Source: Fidelibacterota bacterium (GTDB lineage: Bacteria > Fidelibacterota > UBA2242 > JAOZSR01). Taken from it: a stretch of DNA of 64,000 nucleotides. The stretch spans positions 8,981-72,980 of the forward strand of contig JAOZSR010000003.1 in NCBI GenBank assembly GCA_029939575.1. The letters run 5' to 3'. Of this stretch, positions 60,917-64,000 are shown one piece after another (the stretch's first letter is position 1; each line of letters opens with the position of its first letter). Made by a program: the position numbers and the translations under genes. The notes under the pieces were generated by a model, which saw only the letters and a list, made by a program, of their open reading frames with translations, searched no databases and was not told the DNA's origin.

Positions 60917-62740
60917 TTACTTCAAGAGAATACATTTTTTACTTTTTATAAAATTTTCAGTTTGAATTTGATAAATATAAATTCCGCTCGAAAGATCGCT
61001 GCTGTTCAAAGTTACTGTGTAACTACCTCTATTCATATTTTTATTAACCAAAGTTTTTATCCTTTTTCCAGCAAGATTGAACAGGGTCAGGTTCACAAAT
61101 CCCTGTCTTGGAATTTCAAATTTTATTTGTGTGCTGGGATTAAAGGGATTTGGATTGTTCTGATACAATGTAAATCCTTTTATCCTTACCTCTTCGGATT
61201 TGATACTTGTTTCAGTTACCTGTTCCAGCCTGACATTATCATAATCTACAGATGCGTCGGATCCGGCTTGTAGTACAATGCTAATTTGCCAGCAATTTTG
61301 CGGTGCTTTTCCGGAAGAAGAGAATTCCTGCCATTCACTTGTCAGTGTTTTATTTCCCTCAACTGTAGCGGAAGAAATTATATTCTGGCCCTGATCTTTA
61401 AACTCGATTTTTAATTTACCTGATGAACCATTATTTGTTTTCATATATGCTGTAACTTTAAAAGAATCTCCCTGGGCAGCATCATTAGCATAATGAACCA
61501 TCCCACTATTTTTGAGATTCAAATAATAGTTTCCCTCTATAGCTATTGTGGGATTGTTGACCAGATTTATTAACCCCTGCGATCGCCAACCGTCAGGTTC
61601 GCCATTAATAATACTTTTTTCAAAACTTCCGTTATAAACTTTGCCATAATCCGCAAAACTTGATAATTGATTTGGTGTAGGCTGTGGTAACCCAAGTTCT
61701 ACTGCCAAATGATCAGCCAATAGATTGGCAAACCCTGCATGTTCACAGACTACTGCATGTTCCTGTCCCCACAACCATGGAAAACGCAGGTATGAAACAT
61801 TGTTATCACCTGCTTCATTAAGCTCTTCAATTGCTTCATGTACATAATCAGCAGGTTCACCAATTGCCCATCCATAAGAATTTACCAGTACAATATGTGC
61901 ATCAGGATAATAGCTGCGCAAATTATTAGTAATAAAATTCTTCCATCCTAGTTTAATCAAGAGTTTATGGGCATTTGCATAATAATCATTGGCGCCCAAA
62001 TTTATTATTATTGCATCAGGTGAACGGTTCCAGAAGTTATTTTCAAAATCCCAGAGGTTAGCTGGTGATTCTGCATCATTCATGTGAATTAAATGATGAT
62101 AATTCACAAGATTCCACCAGGCCTGATTAGTAACTCCGGCTCCTCCGCCGGAAATATTGGAAAAATCTGCGTTTAGCATTCGGGCTGTTATTCCCGGGTA
62201 AGTAAAATATCCACCGTTATCGCTTATTGCACCGAAATCTTTTGTGTCCCATGTTGAATGTCCGGCTGGATTAGAATCGCCATAAAATTCCAGGAATAGT
62301 TCCTTTTGTTGCGGTTTTTCAGCAAGCCCTTCGCCATCAACTTCAAAACCATGAAATGTAACCTTTGTGTCGAATTGATTTAGTTTTACAATTTCAACTT
62401 TATGGATCGTGTCAGAAAGCCCTGAAACCAATTCAAAACTCTGTTCTGAAGATCCGACTTCCAGAATTTGTCGGTTATAGACATCAACCTGGTCATCAAT
62501 AATCACATAAAGATAGCTTGTATTAGGAGTTGAAGAAAAGTTTGCTGAAATCCCACTACCGGTAAAATATGCTTCAATTGAAACACCATTAAAACTAAAA
62601 ACAGGATTGGAGGGATCGGAGAATTCCACTCTGCCAGTATAAAGAATACCAGTATTGGATGGATCAATGGATGTTTTTGATGAAGCAAATATTAAAAAAT
62701 GACAAATAAAAAATAGTAGTAAAAATTTTCTGAAGTGCAT
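60917..62740 (-). CDS. T9SS-secreted SGNH/GDSL-family esterase with a CBM4/9-like carbohydrate-binding module
   Basis: Start at MHFRKF (62740), followed by a signal peptide. GDS block (LEFYGDSNPAGHS). DxxH-type block (ANLLADHLAVELG). Beta-sandwich CBM-like region (GWRSQG...KLKIEFKDQGQ...). C-terminal YQNNPNPFNPSTQIKFEI...YIYQIQTENFIKSKKCILLK. Confidence 0.65.
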   Translation of the reverse strand: MHFRKFLLLFFICHFLIFASSKTSIDPSNTGILYTGRVEFSDPSNPVFSFNGVSIEAYFTGSGISANFSSTPNTSYLYVIIDDQVDVYNRQILEVGSSEQSFELVSGLSDTIHKVEIVKLNQFDTKVTFHGFEVDGEGLAEKPQQKELFLEFYGDSNPAGHSTWDTKDFGAISDNGGYFTYPGITARMLNADFSNISGGGAGVTNQAWWNLVNYHHLIHMNDAESPANLWDFENNFWNRSPDAIIINLGANDYYANAHKLLIKLGWKNFITNNLRSYYPDAHIVLVNSYGWAIGEPADYVHEAIEELNEAGDNNVSYLRFPWLWGQEHAVVCEHAGFANLLADHLAVELGLPQPTPNQLSSFADYGKVYNGSFEKSIINGEPDGWRSQGLINLVNNPTIAIEGNYYLNLKNSGMVHYANDAAQGDSFKVTAYMKTNNGSSGKLKIEFKDQGQNIISSATVEGNKTLTSEWQEFSSSGKAPQNCWQISIVLQAGSDASVDYDNVRLEQVTETSIKSEEVRIKGFTLYQNNPNPFNPSTQIKFEIPRQGFVNLTLFNLAGKRIKTLVNKNMNRGSYTVTLNSSDLSSGIYIYQIQTENFIKSKKCILLK

Positions 62741-62763
62741 ATATATATTCCAATGTTGTTTAA

Positions 62764-62896
62764 TAAAAAGGAGTGTACATTTAATCTGCCACAAAGTCAC
62801 CTGGACACAAATTTTCGACCTGATTTTTACCTGGTATTTGATTTGTATCTTTGTGTCTTGGTAGCAAAATTTTTCAAACCTGTACACTCCTTTTTA
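62764..62896. repeat. Perfect 16-bp inverted repeat (TAAAAAGGAGTGTACA / TGTACACTCCTTTTTA) enclosing a 101-nt segment with nested 8-bp inverted repeats. It lies in the leader of the GDSL-esterase gene.
   Basis: 62764-62779 pairs exactly with 62881-62896. Inner GACACAAA (62804-62811) pairs with TTTGTGTC (62850-62857). Confidence 0.6.
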
Positions 62897-62916
62897 AAAT
62901 ATTCTCTAAGTTATAT

Positions 62917-64000
62917 TTATTTTATTAACAGCATTTTGTGAACTTTTGTAAAGTTGCCGGACTTTATTTGATAAAAATACAGACCTGATGCTAAATTAGA
63001 AGCATCAAATTTTACACTGTATTTTCCGGCTGACTGGCTTTTATTAACCAGGGTTTTTACTTTTTGTCCAAGTGCATTATAAATGAATAAAGATACCTCA
63101 TTATTTTCCGCAATTGTGTAATCAATAGTTGTAGTCGGATTAAATGGGTTTGGATAGTTTTTCTCTAAACTATATTCAAATGCAACCGGAGCAAGTTCTT
63201 CACTGATATCAGTTGTTGGCATACCTAACCAGGTAAATGTCCAGGCATAGGGATGGTTTGAATTCCAGGGATCTTCGTTGGAATTAGTTCCTAATTGCAT
63301 TCTGGCAACTGCTCCACCATTAGCAACATCAGCGTCATTAACCTGAATTTCCAGAGGGACTTTCATACCTTGCACAGGTGTGAAAGCGCTATCACCATTT
63401 ACACTTTCCATGAAGCTTAAAGGGATCTTTGCTTCACAATAATAATCTGAACCACCACCTGATTCAAAATAATAGTTTTCAGATCCAGCCATTAGGGAAT
63501 CAACAGCAGGCCAGGCGTCAACGTAGAGAACTTCCGGAGTGAATACTATTCTGTAATCAGGTTCAGCAAATCTCTGGTATACATTATGATGGGAAACAAA
63601 ACTGTTAATTTCATATAATCCTATAAAAAATTCAATACTTTCGTCATCCCACCAGTTAACTGTATTTGCAGCATTCCATGAGAAAATATCATCGACAACA
63701 TCAAAACCGATATATAAATTTTCATTGTCAATTGCCATATAACATTTTGCATTGAAATCTACTGAATCGTCAATTGTTCCGGAAACAACAAGAGATTCTT
63801 CGGGTTTAATATTGAAAGGTGCAGATTCATATTCGTCAAAATATCCGTCAAGTTCTAAATTTGGCGGAGTTCCAAAATTTACAATAGCCCGTTTTTTTGC
63901 GAGATTTGTAAATGGACCCGAAGTAGTAAAAGTTTCCGAAATATTATTGCTTGCATCGGTACATATCATAGCATAATAAAAGGTTACTTCGCCATTTGTT
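62917..64000 (-). CDS. Partial T9SS-secreted protein (N-terminus beyond the window end) with a CBM9/DOMON-like beta-sandwich
   Basis: The ORF stays open upstream of the track Met at 63969 (TNGEVTFYYAMICTD...). C-terminal NYPNPFNPTTTIDYTI...YFYQIKSGNFTKVHKMLLIK. Confidence 0.65.
   Translation of the reverse strand, partial: TNGEVTFYYAMICTDASNNISETFTTSGPFTNLAKKRAIVNFGTPPNLELDGYFDEYESAPFNIKPEESLVVSGTIDDSVDFNAKCYMAIDNENLYIGFDVVDDIFSWNAANTVNWWDDESIEFFIGLYEINSFVSHHNVYQRFAEPDYRIVFTPEVLYVDAWPAVDSLMAGSENYYFESGGGSDYYCEAKIPLSFMESVNGDSAFTPVQGMKVPLEIQVNDADVANGGAVARMQLGTNSNEDPWNSNHPYAWTFTWLGMPTTDISEELAPVAFEYSLEKNYPNPFNPTTTIDYTIAENNEVSLFIYNALGQKVKTLVNKSQSAGKYSVKFDASNLASGLYFYQIKSGNFTKVHKMLLIK

Overview
This is an AT-rich (~33% GC) chromosomal window from a Gram-negative bacterium with a type IX secretion system, most plausibly an uncultivated FCB-group lineage. 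At least seven large secreted proteins end in the Por/T9SS C-terminal sorting domain (KxxxK tail, 'NYPNPFNP...YFYQ(I/L)K'). Below I list the contents in order and mark the stretches I rate as most likely novel.

- **1-5221:** a partial lamin-tail-domain (LTD) protein, then a cobalamin riboswitch driving a BtuB-like TonB-dependent receptor and a beta-propeller protein that ends in a T9SS tail.
- **5350-7159:** a YgjP/DUF45 zinc hydrolase and a hypothetical protein, flanked by long AT-rich spacers.
- **8061-21537:** a dense signal-transduction island. It holds a 1617-aa poly-HAMP/GAF hybrid histidine kinase with three receiver (REC) domains, a receiver protein with a Cys4 tail, and a CheR/CheB pair. 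The window has no CheA, CheW or MCP gene. Convergent with these sits a 1003-aa Ser/Thr kinase with TPR repeats and a complete partner-switching module.
- **21900-31087:** two tandem giant T9SS cargo genes (2234 and 812 aa). They share four copies of an unrecognised ~115-aa domain, and the first carries a perfect 48-nt repeat at a 261-bp period.
- **31196-47460:** housekeeping genes (recN, nnr, acpS, a tRNA-Leu/secG/tpiA/pgk block, tex, lpxH-like, buk-ptb) and an M15 dipeptidase.
- **47554-50171:** a two-gene type II restriction-modification pair.
- **50486-53436:** the most unusual gene in the window. A single 726-aa ORF fuses a SurA-like parvulin PPIase, an anaerobic sulfatase-maturating-enzyme (radical SAM/SPASM) core, and a SecA-type SEC-C zinc tail. 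It sits between a small cupin and a divergent stand-alone GroES-like gene.
- **53524-64000:** a T9SS/PUL-like cluster. It holds a PorV/FadL-like beta-barrel, a 1142-aa Ca-binding cargo, a TonB-dependent receptor, a GDSL-esterase+CBM cargo with a long inverted-repeat leader, and a partial cargo protein.

I saw no CRISPR array, integrase or transposase.
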